DNA of 64,000 bases from Thalia democratica (lineage: Eukaryota): positions 46,996,001 to 47,060,000 of the forward strand of contig OZ241832.1 in the NCBI GenBank assembly GCA_965202585.1, given 5' to 3'. The notes beneath the pieces were generated by a model that worked only from the letters and a program-made list of their open reading frames with translations, was not told the origin of the DNA and did no database searches. Position 1 is the first letter of the stretch. Each line of letters begins with the position of its first letter. Positions 11,301 through 25,987 of this stretch are shown piece after piece. A program made the position numbers and the translations under genes.

Positions 11301-13236
11301 TTAAGTCTCTTACGCTACATGTAATTAAACTTTTGCAGAAAGCTTTAACTAACTTGATTTTTGTGTCCATAGGATTTTCTCGTTAAGTTCTTTTTTTAAA
11401 CAATACTTATTCCCACTATGCTTACTTTGTTTACTTCTTTTTGCAATATCTAACAAATACTTAGTTTATCTAAAAAAAAAAATTCTACGTCATCGTAAAA
11501 AATATGTTATATTTTTAAATGAAAATAATACATTAAATTGTAACAAAATAAGCTTAACTTTTTTTATTATAAAAAAATATATCATCAATAGCTTCTAGAA
11601 TTTTTTATCAGTATTTATTGCATGTATTTCAAACTATATAAAACAGTTTAGAGTTGTAAAATATACATGTGTAAACAACAGTAGATGTTCAAGTCAAAAT
11701 GAAAATTATTAAAAAACTTGCGATTACAGTACAACAATCATGAAGTAACACGACCAAAATCTTTTTACAAAACTTAAAACTGTTTTATTGAACTCAAATT
11801 GTTCACAGCTTTATTTTATCTTGTTTCAGAAAGTTATAACCAAACTTCAACTAAAACACAATTGAAAACATGCATTGCAATTTAAAACTCATAAAAAACA
11901 TAAGCAAAAAATAGCATCAACAAGTATACAACTTATTACAACATGAACAAAAAAGAACAATTCGAATCCTTAACTTTAAAAAGCTTGCATTGTTTAGTTG
12001 ATTTGACATTGCTTATAGCTTTATCTAGTTAAAGCATCAACATTTAAATCAAACTAAATCAATTGGTACAAAAGAAGTAACAGGATGTTACCATTTAATT
12101 CTATCACTTTTTTACGGTACATATCACTAATTATCTAAACCACATATAACACAATTTGATAGCTTAAAACGGCATTAACAGTTTTTTTAACTATGCTTTT
12201 TTACAAACCTATGGCAATCTACCTATTTCTTTAACTAGCTTTTAATTTCTACTAAGCAGTTTTAAACTACCATTAACTAAACAAAATATGTGTACAATTT
12301 CAACAACTTTGTGCTGGTAAAAGATCAAAAGTAAGAGTTAGAGCTAGTTGAATGAAACATTTTACTTCTACATAACGTTTTTTAAGCTCCTTATATTGGC
12401 TTTTGCAATTTTATCTAACCATTTTCAACTACTTTGAGAAAGGAGCTAGTTATGTTTTAAAAGTATTATTTAAATCGTTGAACAAGTTTTATAAATCAGT
12501 TATAATTGAATGTTTCATAAAAAGCTTCAACTAACTTCAGTGTGTTGTCCGTAGGCTTTTTCTTAAAAACTTCTTTATTTACACTAAACTTATTCTCATA
12601 TACGCTTACTTTATATACTTGTTTTTTTTTTCATTAAATAACTGCTTAGTTTGTTTTTAAAAATTTGTTCTACGTCACTATAAGTAAAAATTATATTTTG
12701 AAATGAAAATAAAACAGTTAGTTTTTATTTTATACTTTAAATAAACATGGTATTATTATTAAAAATTCTTGATCATTTAATTTAATTAAAAAAGTTTTAT
12801 TAATCATATTTGTTGAAATTAAACTAAAACTTAACATAAAAAACAGTTTCAAAGTTATACAACAAATAAATGTAAACAACTGTGATTGTTCAAAACAAAA
12901 AAAAATCAAAAGCATACAGTTTCAGTACAACTATCATTAAATCTTTCATTTTACAAACCCTAGACTTTTTTTTGAACTTAGTAGCTTATGGATTTTTCAA
13001 ATAAAAACATCGATGCATAAAAATACTAACAGCTGAAACGTTATGCAAAGGAAAAGAAGTATACAGCTTTGTAACTCAATTGAACACTATGTATGACACA
13101 ACTTGATGACTCAAAACTGCTGTAACTGTTTGTTTTAAGTTATGTTTTTTAAAAGTAAGATAAGTTTAAGATAAACGAAAAATGTATATGATCGGTATGA
13201 ATCATTGGTCCAACATACAACAGCTCAAAAAGAAAA

Positions 13237-13346
13237 GCCTACGGCACGCGGTATTCCCAAGCGGTCACCCATCTAAGTACTAAGACACTGCTTAACTTCC
13301 CAGATCGGACGAGATGGGGTGCGTTCAGTGTGGTATGGTCGTAGGC
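13237..13346 (-). rRNA. 5S: 5S rRNA gene with 8-nt deletion, unit 2
   Basis: Identical to unit 1 copy. Confidence 0.93.
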
Positions 13347-14434
13347 GTCTAGCAGCGAAAAAAAGCGATTATAAACAAATAAGCTGTCTGAAACTTGTAG
13401 ATTGTTTGCTTAAGTGTTTCATATGTTTAGAGCCCACTTTGTTCTAACTAATAAAGATAAACTAAGCCTTTCTAGTCTTTACTTTTCACATTTTTTTCTT
13501 AGCTTCAAGCTTCATAAAACTATTCAGCTATTGATTTTTAGTTGTTAGAGTACACAATATCATTACAGTGCAACGACATAGCAACATTATAAGACAGAAA
13601 TTAACTAGTACAACAGTTTAGAAAAGTTATTTCAAATACTTTTAACTGTGAAACTACATTTTTTTTACATAAACTTGTTGGCACTTTTTAAAATAAACCT
13701 ACTTGCTTTTAACTTTTGAACGAGTTTTTATATGTACAGCGCGTTTTTGAGAAGGTAAGTGACTAGTATGTGCAAGAACAAACTAAAAACTTAAGTAGTT
13801 AAATTGAATTAGATGGTTTAATTTAATTTTTAGTACTACCCTTTTTATTATGAGTAAATTTAAGGTATAACTAGTAAAATCACACAAAACGAATACTTGT
13901 GCATTTTTCGGATTTTTTTACAAATCAGCACAGTTTAAAATGTAATCAAGTTAAACATACTTCATGGGTTTTACGGTTAACAAAGCTGGCTGGAAATAAA
14001 ATAATAAAACTTTGCTTAAGCTTGAGATGAAAAAAACACTTAGCCTTGTCTAAAACTTTACTACTTTAAGCTTGCAGCTTAAGAAAACTAAGCCGGGTGT
14101 GTAGTAGTATAATTTGTTTCATTTGAGGTTTATCTCACTAAATGGAGAGATGTGCTGTAGCATTTAGACTGTTTTTCTGGACCTTTAAAGCTAACCTTTA
14201 AAAAAAAATTCACTTCTGGATCGGCCTAAGTCTTGTTTCTTTATCACTGGAACATTTTTAACATTAGTAGTAAAGCAACTTTGCTTTTATTAGTATACAG
14301 GCTTTAAACTCACACGCTAATGCTCGTAACAATCAGTAAAAGGTACCTGAGAAAGCAAAACTGCTTAACAGTCAATTCGTCACAGTCAGTAACTGCTGAA
14401 AGTATTGTTTTGCTTTCTTTAATCAACATACAAA

Positions 14435-15019
14435 ATGTCTACAACAGCAGTAGCAGCACCATCAGCAGCGGCACCGGCCGCAGTTAAGGCCAGGTCTTCC
14501 AAAAGACCAAGCGCCAAGAAGGCAGAACACCCGAGTTACAGGGAAATGATCAGCTCTGCCCTGGGAGCAATGAAAGAACGAAAAGGTACATCCCGCCAGA
14601 AGATACAAAAGTTTATCGCGGAAACCTACAAGCTTGAGCTCTCAGCTTCTAATTCTCACTTGAAGAGAGCACTTACCAGCGGCGTGACCAAGGGTGCTTT
14701 TCTCCAGACTACTGGAAAAGGCGCTTCTGGCTCGTTCAAGCTTGCTCCAATGCCAGCTGCTGGTCCCAAGAAGAGGACAAAAAAAGTAGCTAAAAAGCCA
14801 GCAGTAAAGAAGACCGCAGCTAAAAAACGAGTGAAGAAGTGTGCTCCCAAGAAGGCAGCAAAAAAACCAGCAGCCAAAAAGCGACCTGCTAAAAAGTGTG
14901 CTCCTAAGAAGGCAGCGTCTAAAAAAGCTGCAAGCAAGAAGAAGAAAGTAACAAAGAAGAAGCCGGCAGCCAAAAAAGCATCTAAGAAGGCAAGTACCAA
15001 GAAGAGCTGCAAGAAATAA
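14435..15019 (+). CDS. H1: Histone H1 (unit 2)
   Basis: Same protein as unit 1. Confidence 0.97.
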   Translation: MSTTAVAAPSAAAPAAVKARSSKRPSAKKAEHPSYREMISSALGAMKERKGTSRQKIQKFIAETYKLELSASNSHLKRALTSGVTKGAFLQTTGKGASGSFKLAPMPAAGPKKRTKKVAKKPAVKKTAAKKRVKKCAPKKAAKKPAAKKRPAKKCAPKKAASKKAASKKKKVTKKKPAAKKASKKASTKKSCKK

Positions 15020-15080
15020 GTTGTTCTTTTACCCAAGGTCCTTTTCAGGACCACTCTATTAAAGTATAAATAAAATTTAA

Positions 15081-15617
<537 letters not shown>

Positions 15618-15739
15618 CAATTGGCTTAAACCGGTCCTTTTCAGGACCACCTTTAAACTTTGAAAATGAGACAACAACCAAACGAAAGAATGTAAATAAA
15701 AGATGTTTCTTTTTGGTATGCAAATGAGTTTTGTCGTAA

Positions 15740-16114
<375 letters not shown>

Positions 16115-16295
16115 ACAATTAGCGAACCCGGTCCTTTTTAGGACCACCTATATCAATAAAATGTATTTTGGCAAACATTGACAAATTAAAGTAGCAGCTA
16201 CGATTTATGCAAATTAGCTTTTCGTTCGTCGCGGTTAGGTTTGAGTTGTATATGCAGCTGTGCAAGTAACATTGCACAATCATTCGAACAACAAA

Positions 16296-16676
16296 ATGTC
16301 GGGACGTGGTAAAGGATCGAAACTCAAATCTAAGCCGAAGAGCAGGTCTTCTCGTGCAGGACTGCAGTTTCCAGTCGGTCGCGTGCACCGTCTGTTGCGC
16401 ACTGGCAACTACAGCCAAAGAGTCGGAGCCGGTGCTCCAGTTTATCTGGCTGCCGTTCTCGAGTACTTGAGCGCAGAAGTGCTCGAGCTTGCCGGTAACG
16501 CTGCTCGTGACAACAAGAAAAGCAGGATCATTCCTCGCCATTTGCAACTAGCTATCCGCAACGACGAAGAGTTGAACAAACTTCTCGGAGGCGTCACTAT
16601 TGCTCAAGGTGGTGTTCTTCCAAACATCCAGGCAGTATTATTGCCTAAGAAGACCGCTTCAAAAAAGTCCGCCTAA
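16296..16676 (+). CDS. H2A: Histone H2A (unit 2)
   Basis: Same protein as unit 1. Confidence 0.98.
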   Translation: MSGRGKGSKLKSKPKSRSSRAGLQFPVGRVHRLLRTGNYSQRVGAGAPVYLAAVLEYLSAEVLELAGNAARDNKKSRIIPRHLQLAIRNDEELNKLLGGVTIAQGGVLPNIQAVLLPKKTASKKSA

Positions 16677-16818
16677 GTTTAAACAAACCAGGTCCTTTTC
16701 AGGGCCACCTAAAACATTTACTACAAACGAGAGAAGCGATCGTTCGCGTACGGAACTGCTAATTTGCATAAATTTTCAGTATATATACCAGCGCTGAGAC
16801 TCAAGTTCACACATCATT

Positions 16819-17178
16819 ATGACAGCTACCAAAGGCGCGAAGAAATCAGTAGCCAAGACCACCCCGGTCGACGGCAAGAGGAAGCGAAGGAGGAGGCACA
16901 AACAAAGTTTTGGCATTTACGTGTACAAAGTTTTGAAGCAAGTGCACCCCGACACCGGAATCTCCAGCAAGGCGATGGGAATCATGAACTCATTTGTCAA
17001 CGACATCTTCGAGCGCATTGCAGCAGAGGCTTCACGTTTGGCTCATTACAACAAGAGGTCAACTGTGAGCAGCCGCGAAATTCAAACTGCTGTCAGGCTC
17101 TTGCTCCCCGGCGAGTTGTCAAAGCACGCAGTTTCAGAAGGAACTAAAGCTGTTACCAAATACACCAGCTCAAAATAA
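16819..17178 (+). CDS. H2B: Histone H2B (unit 2)
   Basis: Same protein as unit 1. Confidence 0.98.
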   Translation: MTATKGAKKSVAKTTPVDGKRKRRRRHKQSFGIYVYKVLKQVHPDTGISSKAMGIMNSFVNDIFERIAAEASRLAHYNKRSTVSSREIQTAVRLLLPGELSKHAVSEGTKAVTKYTSSK

Positions 17179-20100
17179 ATGCTCAACAACCGGTCCTTTT
17201 TAGGACCACCATTTGAATAAAACCAGCTATTAGATAACTTAAGTAAAAATTGCCTTTACAGTAATACCAACATATTGATATTTATACAAATTAAAAGCCC
17301 ATATAAAAAGACAAACTATTTTGTCCTACTCAACTCTTACGTTATGGAATAAATCTAACATGAAAAAAGTAGTAGTAGTAGTACTGGCAATAAAAATATT
17401 TGCAAAAAAGGTTTAACTAACTTGAATATGTTGTCCGTAAGTTATTTTCTTCTTAACGTTTTTTATACAGAAAACTACATCTTATTCATTTGTTGAACTT
17501 CTGTTAAAACATTCAGTAAGTAAGTATATTCGTTTTTAAAAAAACTTTATGTTCAACTTATAACAAAAAAAACTTAGTTTTAGTTATCATTTTAAGTTTT
17601 TGTTGTTTGTAAGTAACACAATGAGCTTTAACTTTTTAAATGTGTTCTTCTTAACATTTTGAATGCGATTGAAACCGTGGAACACGTTTTTGAAAGTACA
17701 AAAATGGAAGTAAAAGTTCAAAACAAAAATAACAAGTGTGATTTTTTAGTACAGTTAATTATTCCTTCTTACAAAGCTAACATAAACTTAGCTTGTTTAG
17801 ATATATTGTCAAGTTAAAACGCCACCATATGAAACAAGTCAATTCATTAGCTGAAACATGGTACAAAAGAAAAAAAGTAACAGCTTGTACCACTTGTTTC
17901 ATATATTTTAAGGTAAAAACTAGATATGATACAACTTGATGACCTAAAACAACTATAATGCTTTAGTTTAGTTTATATTTGCCTTAAATCTAAAGTAATC
18001 AGGACAACCAATTGATTTAACCAGCTACTAGAGTCTCTAAACTGTGTCAACCAAGCCTTAATAAAACGACAAAATGTACAAACTTTAATCTACATTGTGT
18101 TGGTGGGTTAAAAGTTAGTATATTTGGATAATACAGTTTACTTATGAGTGATAATATCCCTGTTTTACCAGTTAGTTACACTTACTATAGTTTTTTTTTT
18201 ACTTTTACTTGATGAAACTCTTTTTGAGAAAGAGCTAGTTATGTTTTGAAATCATTGCTTAAACTGTGGAATAATATTTAGTATCTAAGTGTTAGGTAAA
18301 AATTTCCATAGGCATTTTCTTGTTTAAACAAAACTTGTTTTGATTCATTCTACTTTGTGGACTTGTTTTTCAAACATTTAAAAAAATTTAATTTTGTTTA
18401 TTAAAAGAAATAGTGCTATGTCACTTAAAAGTAAAAATAAAAGTTTGAATGAAAATAATACATTCAATTACAATGAGAGGTATGTAATAATATATACTTA
18501 CTTGACTCAATTACAGCAACTAAACTTGGATTTTATTTTCAAAATGTATTAATCTTGTTAATAAGAATGCAACTGAAACCGTTAAAAAATTATTAAAAGT
18601 TGTACAATTCATTTATGTAAAAAACAGCGTTTTTTCAAAACAAACATTCAATTTAAGTATAACAACAATTTAACATACTGTTGAAATATTTGTATTAACC
18701 TTAGGATTGTTGTGTTCAACTCAAATTGTTAGTGGCTTTATCAAATAAAAACAACTACACATAAAAACATGATACAAAGAAAAAAACTTGTTACCATTTT
18801 TTGTATCTCGTTTTTAAACTGTACATGAGACAAATAAAAACTACTGTAATCATTCTTTCCATAAGTCTAAAGCTTACGTGCACCACCAATCAGTTATACA
18901 AGCTGCTAATGTCTACTAAACTCACACAATTTCATTCTTAATCCACTTTATGCTTATAAACGATCCAAGAACACCACATCTCACTTTAAATCTATATTTT
19001 ATCGCTTTCCATTGTTAATTAAATAGTTAAGCTTGCTATGATTTCTCCACTTTTACTTTGTTTTTGATGTAACTTCTACGAAGGAAACTAGTGTGAACAC
19101 TGCTCTAATCCTTAACTCATTGCTTAAGGTACTTGAATGCTTAGTGAAAATCTTTAACTAACTTGAACGTGTTTTTCGTGTTCTTTTTCTTGTTATCTCA
19201 TTTAATCAAGGAACTCATTCTTACTCATGCTTACTTTGTGGACTTTTATTCGTTTATCATTCAATAAATATTTGTTTTTTAGTTTATTAAAATAAAGTTA
19301 TGCTACGTCACTGTAAAAACTAGTTATATTTTTTAATGAAAATAATAAAAATAAAACTTCACTGAATTATTAATAGAAAATGTTTTCAACTTTTAACAAC
19401 AAAAAAAAATGTTAACGTTCCATAAAAAGTATTGTTCAATTACAATCAAAAACATGCATAGCTATTCAAAATTCATACATGACAATACATAAATGTAAAC
19501 AACATCGATTGTTCAAAAGAAACATAATACTATCAACAAGCACACAATTGACCAAAACAAAAACAGCTTAGATAAATGATGAAAGTGTATACCTAAAACT
19601 ATAATTTTCCAAAGACGACATCTATTTATTAGGTTGCTTTACTAGTCAAACATATGAAACAAACCAATTCATTAGCTGAAACATGGTACACAGGAAAAGA
19701 AGTAACAGCTTCTTACCATTCATTTGTGTTACTTGTTACAACTGTATGTGAGACAACTTGATGATTTAAAACGACTTAAACAGTTTGTCATTAGTTATTT
19801 TTGTTATAAATGTAAAGTCATCAGGACCACCACTTAATTTAACCACTTACTAATGCCCACAAAGCAGTGTAAAACAAGCTCTAACTAAAAGACAAAAATG
19901 TACCAAACTTAATGTTCCTTTTGCTGGTGAAAGCCCAAAAGCAAGGTAAAAGGTCAGTTAGAATATTTGTATAACACACTTTACTTAAAGTTTTACTTTT
20001 ATGTTTTATTTTTTAGTCACTTTGTTGTACTTACAATTGTTTTGGTTCTCTTACATGACATCTTAAACTACTTGTGAGGATGGAGCTAGTTGCAATTAAA

Positions 20101-22045
20101 AAGCATCGCTTAAGTCTCTTACGCTACATGTAATTAAACTTTTGCAGAAAGCTTTAACTAACTTGATTTTTGTGTCCATAGGATTTTCTCGTTAAGTTCT
20201 TTTTTTAAACAATACTTATTCCCACTATGCTTACTTTGTTTACTTCTTTTTGCAATATCTAACAAATACTTAGTTTATCTAAAAAAAAAAATTCTACGTC
20301 ATCGTAAAAAATATGTTATATTTTTAAATGAAAATAATACATTAAATTGTAACAAAATAAGCTTAACTTTTTTTATTATAAAAAAATATATCATCAATAG
20401 CTTCTAGAATTTTTTATCAGTATTTATTGCATGTATTTCAAACTATATAAAACAGTTTAGAGTTGTAAAATATACATGTGTAAACAACAGTAGATGTTCA
20501 AGTCAAAATGAAAATTATTAAAAAACTTGCGATTACAGTACAACAATCATGAAGTAACACGACCAAAATCTTTTTACAAAACTTAAAACTGTTTTATTGA
20601 ACTCAAATTGTTCACAGCTTTATTTTATCTTGTTTCAGAAAGTTATAACCAAACTTCAACTAAAACACAATTGAAAACATGCATTGCAATTTAAAACTCA
20701 TAAAAAACATAAGCAAAAAATAGCATCAACAAGTATACAACTTATTACAACATGAACAAAAAAGAACAATTCGAATCCTTAACTTTAAAAAGCTTGCATT
20801 GTTTAGTTGATTTGACATTGCTTATAGCTTTATCTAGTTAAAGCATCAACATTTAAATCAAACTAAATCAATTGGTACAAAAGAAGTAACAGGATGTTAC
20901 CATTTAATTCTATCACTTTTTTACGGTACATATCACTAATTATCTAAACCACATATAACACAATTTGATAGCTTAAAACGGCATTAACAGTTTTTTTAAC
21001 TATGCTTTTTTACAAACCTATGGCAATCTACCTATTTCTTTAACTAGCTTTTAATTTCTACTAAGCAGTTTTAAACTACCATTAACTAAACAAAATATGT
21101 GTACAATTTCAACAACTTTGTGCTGGTAAAAGATCAAAAGTAAGAGTTAGAGCTAGTTGAATGAAACATTTTACTTCTACATAACGTTTTTTAAGCTCCT
21201 TATATTGGCTTTTGCAATTTTATCTAACCATTTTCAACTACTTTGAGAAAGGAGCTAGTTATGTTTTAAAAGTATTATTTAAATCGTTGAACAAGTTTTA
21301 TAAATCAGTTATAATTGAATGTTTCATAAAAAGCTTCAACTAACTTCAGTGTGTTGTCCGTAGGCTTTTTCTTAAAAACTTCTTTATTTACACTAAACTT
21401 ATTCTCATATACGCTTACTTTATATACTTGTTTTTTTTTTCATTAAATAACTGCTTAGTTTGTTTTTAAAAATTTGTTCTACGTCACTATAAGTAAAAAT
21501 TATATTTTGAAATGAAAATAAAACAGTTAGTTTTTATTTTATACTTTAAATAAACATGGTATTATTATTAAAAATTCTTGATCATTTAATTTAATTAAAA
21601 AAGTTTTATTAATCATATTTGTTGAAATTAAACTAAAACTTAACATAAAAAACAGTTTCAAAGTTATACAACAAATAAATGTAAACAACTGTGATTGTTC
21701 AAAACAAAAAAAAATCAAAAGCATACAGTTTCAGTACAACTATCATTAAATCTTTCATTTTACAAACCCTAGACTTTTTTTTGAACTTAGTAGCTTATGG
21801 ATTTTTCAAATAAAAACATCGATGCATAAAAATACTAACAGCTGAAACGTTATGCAAAGGAAAAGAAGTATACAGCTTTGTAACTCAATTGAACACTATG
21901 TATGACACAACTTGATGACTCAAAACTGCTGTAACTGTTTGTTTTAAGTTATGTTTTTTAAAAGTAAGATAAGTTTAAGATAAACGAAAAATGTATATGA
22001 TCGGTATGAATCATTGGTCCAACATACAACAGCTCAAAAAGAAAA

Positions 22046-22155
22046 GCCTACGGCACGCGGTATTCCCAAGCGGTCACCCATCTAAGTACTAAGACACTGC
22101 TTAACTTCCCAGATCGGACGAGATGGGGTGCGTTCAGTGTGGTATGGTCGTAGGC
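22046..22155 (-). rRNA. 5S: 5S rRNA gene with 8-nt deletion, unit 3
   Basis: Identical to unit 1 copy. Confidence 0.93.
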
Positions 22156-23243
22156 GTCTAGCAGCGAAAAAAAGCGATTATAAACAAATAAGCTGTCTGA
22201 AACTTGTAGATTGTTTGCTTAAGTGTTTCATATGTTTAGAGCCCACTTTGTTCTAACTAATAAAGATAAACTAAGCCTTTCTAGTCTTTACTTTTCACAT
22301 TTTTTTCTTAGCTTCAAGCTTCATAAAACTATTCAGCTATTGATTTTTAGTTGTTAGAGTACACAATATCATTACAGTGCAACGACATAGCAACATTATA
22401 AGACAGAAATTAACTAGTACAACAGTTTAGAAAAGTTATTTCAAATACTTTTAACTGTGAAACTACATTTTTTTTACATAAACTTGTTGGCACTTTTTAA
22501 AATAAACCTACTTGCTTTTAACTTTTGAACGAGTTTTTATATGTACAGCGCGTTTTTGAGAAGGTAAGTGACTAGTATGTGCAAGAACAAACTAAAAACT
22601 TAAGTAGTTAAATTGAATTAGATGGTTTAATTTAATTTTTAGTACTACCCTTTTTATTATGAGTAAATTTAAGGTATAACTAGTAAAATCACACAAAACG
22701 AATACTTGTGCATTTTTCGGATTTTTTTACAAATCAGCACAGTTTAAAATGTAATCAAGTTAAACATACTTCATGGGTTTTACGGTTAACAAAGCTGGCT
22801 GGAAATAAAATAATAAAACTTTGCTTAAGCTTGAGATGAAAAAAACACTTAGCCTTGTCTAAAACTTTACTACTTTAAGCTTGCAGCTTAAGAAAACTAA
22901 GCCGGGTGTGTAGTAGTATAATTTGTTTCATTTGAGGTTTATCTCACTAAATGGAGAAATGTGCTGTAGCATTTAGACTGTTTTTCTGGACCTTTAAAGC
23001 TAACCTTTAAAAAAAAATTCACTTCTGGATCGGCCTAAGTCTTTTTTCTTTATCACTGGAACATTTTTAACATTAGTAGTAAAGCAACTTTGCTTTTATT
23101 AGTATACAGGCTTTAAACTCACACGCTAATGCTCGTAACAATCAGTAAAAGGTACCTGAGAAAGCAAAACTGCTTAACAGTCAATTCGTCACAGTCAGTA
23201 ACTGCTGAAAGTATTGTTTTGCTTTCTTTAATCAACATACAAA

Positions 23244-23828
23244 ATGTCTACAACAGCAGTAGCAGCACCATCAGCAGCGGCACCGGCCGCAGTTAAGGCC
23301 AGGTCTTCCAAAAGACCAAGCGCCAAGAAGGCAGAACACCCGAGTTACAGGGAAATGATCAGCTCTGCCCTGGGAGCAATGAAAGAACGAAAAGGTACAT
23401 CCCGCCAGAAGATACAAAAGTTTATCGCGGAAACCTACAAGCTTGAGCTCTCAGCTTCTAATTCTCACTTGAAGAGAGCACTTACCAGCGGCGTGACCAA
23501 GGGTGCTTTTCTCCAGACTACTGGAAAAGGCGCTTCTGGCTCGTTCAAGCTTGCTCCAATGCCAGCTGCTGGTCCCAAGAAGAGGACAAAAAAAGTAGCT
23601 AAAAAGCCAGCAGTAAAGAAGACCGCAGCTAAAAAACGAGTGAAGAAGTGTGCTCCCAAGAAGGCAGCAAAAAAACCAGCAGCCAAAAAGCGACCTGCTA
23701 AAAAGTGTGCTCCTAAGAAGGCAGCGTCTAAAAAAGCTGCAAGCAAGAAGAAGAAAGTAACAAAGAAGAAGCCGGCAGCCAAAAAAGCATCTAAGAAGGC
23801 AAGTACCAAGAAGAGCTGCAAGAAATAA
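23244..23828 (+). CDS. H1: Histone H1 (unit 3)
   Basis: Same protein as unit 1. Confidence 0.97.
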   Translation: MSTTAVAAPSAAAPAAVKARSSKRPSAKKAEHPSYREMISSALGAMKERKGTSRQKIQKFIAETYKLELSASNSHLKRALTSGVTKGAFLQTTGKGASGSFKLAPMPAAGPKKRTKKVAKKPAVKKTAAKKRVKKCAPKKAAKKPAAKKRPAKKCAPKKAASKKAASKKKKVTKKKPAAKKASKKASTKKSCKK

Positions 23829-23889
23829 GTTGTTCTTTTACCCAAGGTCCTTTTCAGGACCACTCTATTAAAGTATAAATAAAATTTAA

Positions 23890-24426
<537 letters not shown>

Positions 24427-24548
24427 CAATTGGCTTAAACCGGTCCTTTTCAGGACCACCTTTAAACTTTGAAAATGAGACAACAACCAAACGAAAGAAT
24501 GTAAATAAAAGATGTTTCTTTTTGGTATGCAAATGAGTTTTGTCGTAA

Positions 24549-24923
<375 letters not shown>

Positions 24924-25104
24924 ACAATTAGCGAACCCGGTCCTTTTTAGGACCACCTATATCAATAAAATGTATTTTGGCAAACATTGACAAATTAAAG
25001 TAGCAGCTACGATTTATGCAAATTAGCTTTTCGTTCGTCGCGGTTAGGTTTGAGTTGTATATGCAGCTGTGCAAGTAACATTGCACAATCATTCGAACAA
25101 CAAA

Positions 25105-25485
25105 ATGTCGGGACGTGGTAAAGGATCGAAACTCAAATCTAAGCCGAAGAGCAGGTCTTCTCGTGCAGGACTGCAGTTTCCAGTCGGTCGCGTGCACCGT
25201 CTGTTGCGCACTGGCAACTACAGCCAAAGAGTCGGAGCCGGTGCTCCAGTTTATCTGGCTGCCGTTCTCGAGTACTTGAGCGCAGAAGTGCTCGAGCTTG
25301 CCGGTAACGCTGCTCGTGACAACAAGAAAAGCAGGATCATTCCTCGCCATTTGCAACTAGCTATCCGCAACGACGAAGAGTTGAACAAACTTCTCGGAGG
25401 CGTCACTATTGCTCAAGGTGGTGTTCTTCCAAACATCCAGGCAGTATTATTGCCTAAGAAGACCGCTTCAAAAAAGTCCGCCTAA
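25105..25485 (+). CDS. H2A: Histone H2A (unit 3)
   Basis: Same protein as unit 1. Confidence 0.98.
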   Translation: MSGRGKGSKLKSKPKSRSSRAGLQFPVGRVHRLLRTGNYSQRVGAGAPVYLAAVLEYLSAEVLELAGNAARDNKKSRIIPRHLQLAIRNDEELNKLLGGVTIAQGGVLPNIQAVLLPKKTASKKSA

Positions 25486-25627
25486 GTTTAAACAAACCAG
25501 GTCCTTTTCAGGGCCACCTAAAACATTTACTACAAACGAGAGAAGCGATCGTTCGCGTACGGAACTGCTAATTTGCATAAATTTTCAGTATATATACCAG
25601 CGCTGAGACTCAAGTTCACACATCATT

Positions 25628-25987
25628 ATGACAGCTACCAAAGGCGCGAAGAAATCAGTAGCCAAGACCACCCCGGTCGACGGCAAGAGGAAGCGAAGGA
25701 GGAGGCACAAACAAAGTTTTGGCATTTACGTGTACAAAGTTTTGAAGCAAGTGCACCCCGACACCGGAATCTCCAGCAAGGCGATGGGAATCATGAACTC
25801 ATTTGTCAACGACATCTTCGAGCGCATTGCAGCAGAGGCTTCACGTTTGGCTCATTACAACAAGAGGTCAACTGTGAGCAGCCGCGAAATTCAAACTGCT
25901 GTCAGGCTCTTGCTCCCCGGCGAGTTGTCAAAGCACGCAGTTTCAGAAGGAACTAAAGCTGTTACCAAATACACCAGCTCAAAATAA
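25628..25987 (+). CDS. H2B: Histone H2B (unit 3)
   Basis: Same protein as unit 1. Confidence 0.98.
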   Translation: MTATKGAKKSVAKTTPVDGKRKRRRRHKQSFGIYVYKVLKQVHPDTGISSKAMGIMNSFVNDIFERIAAEASRLAHYNKRSTVSSREIQTAVRLLLPGELSKHAVSEGTKAVTKYTSSK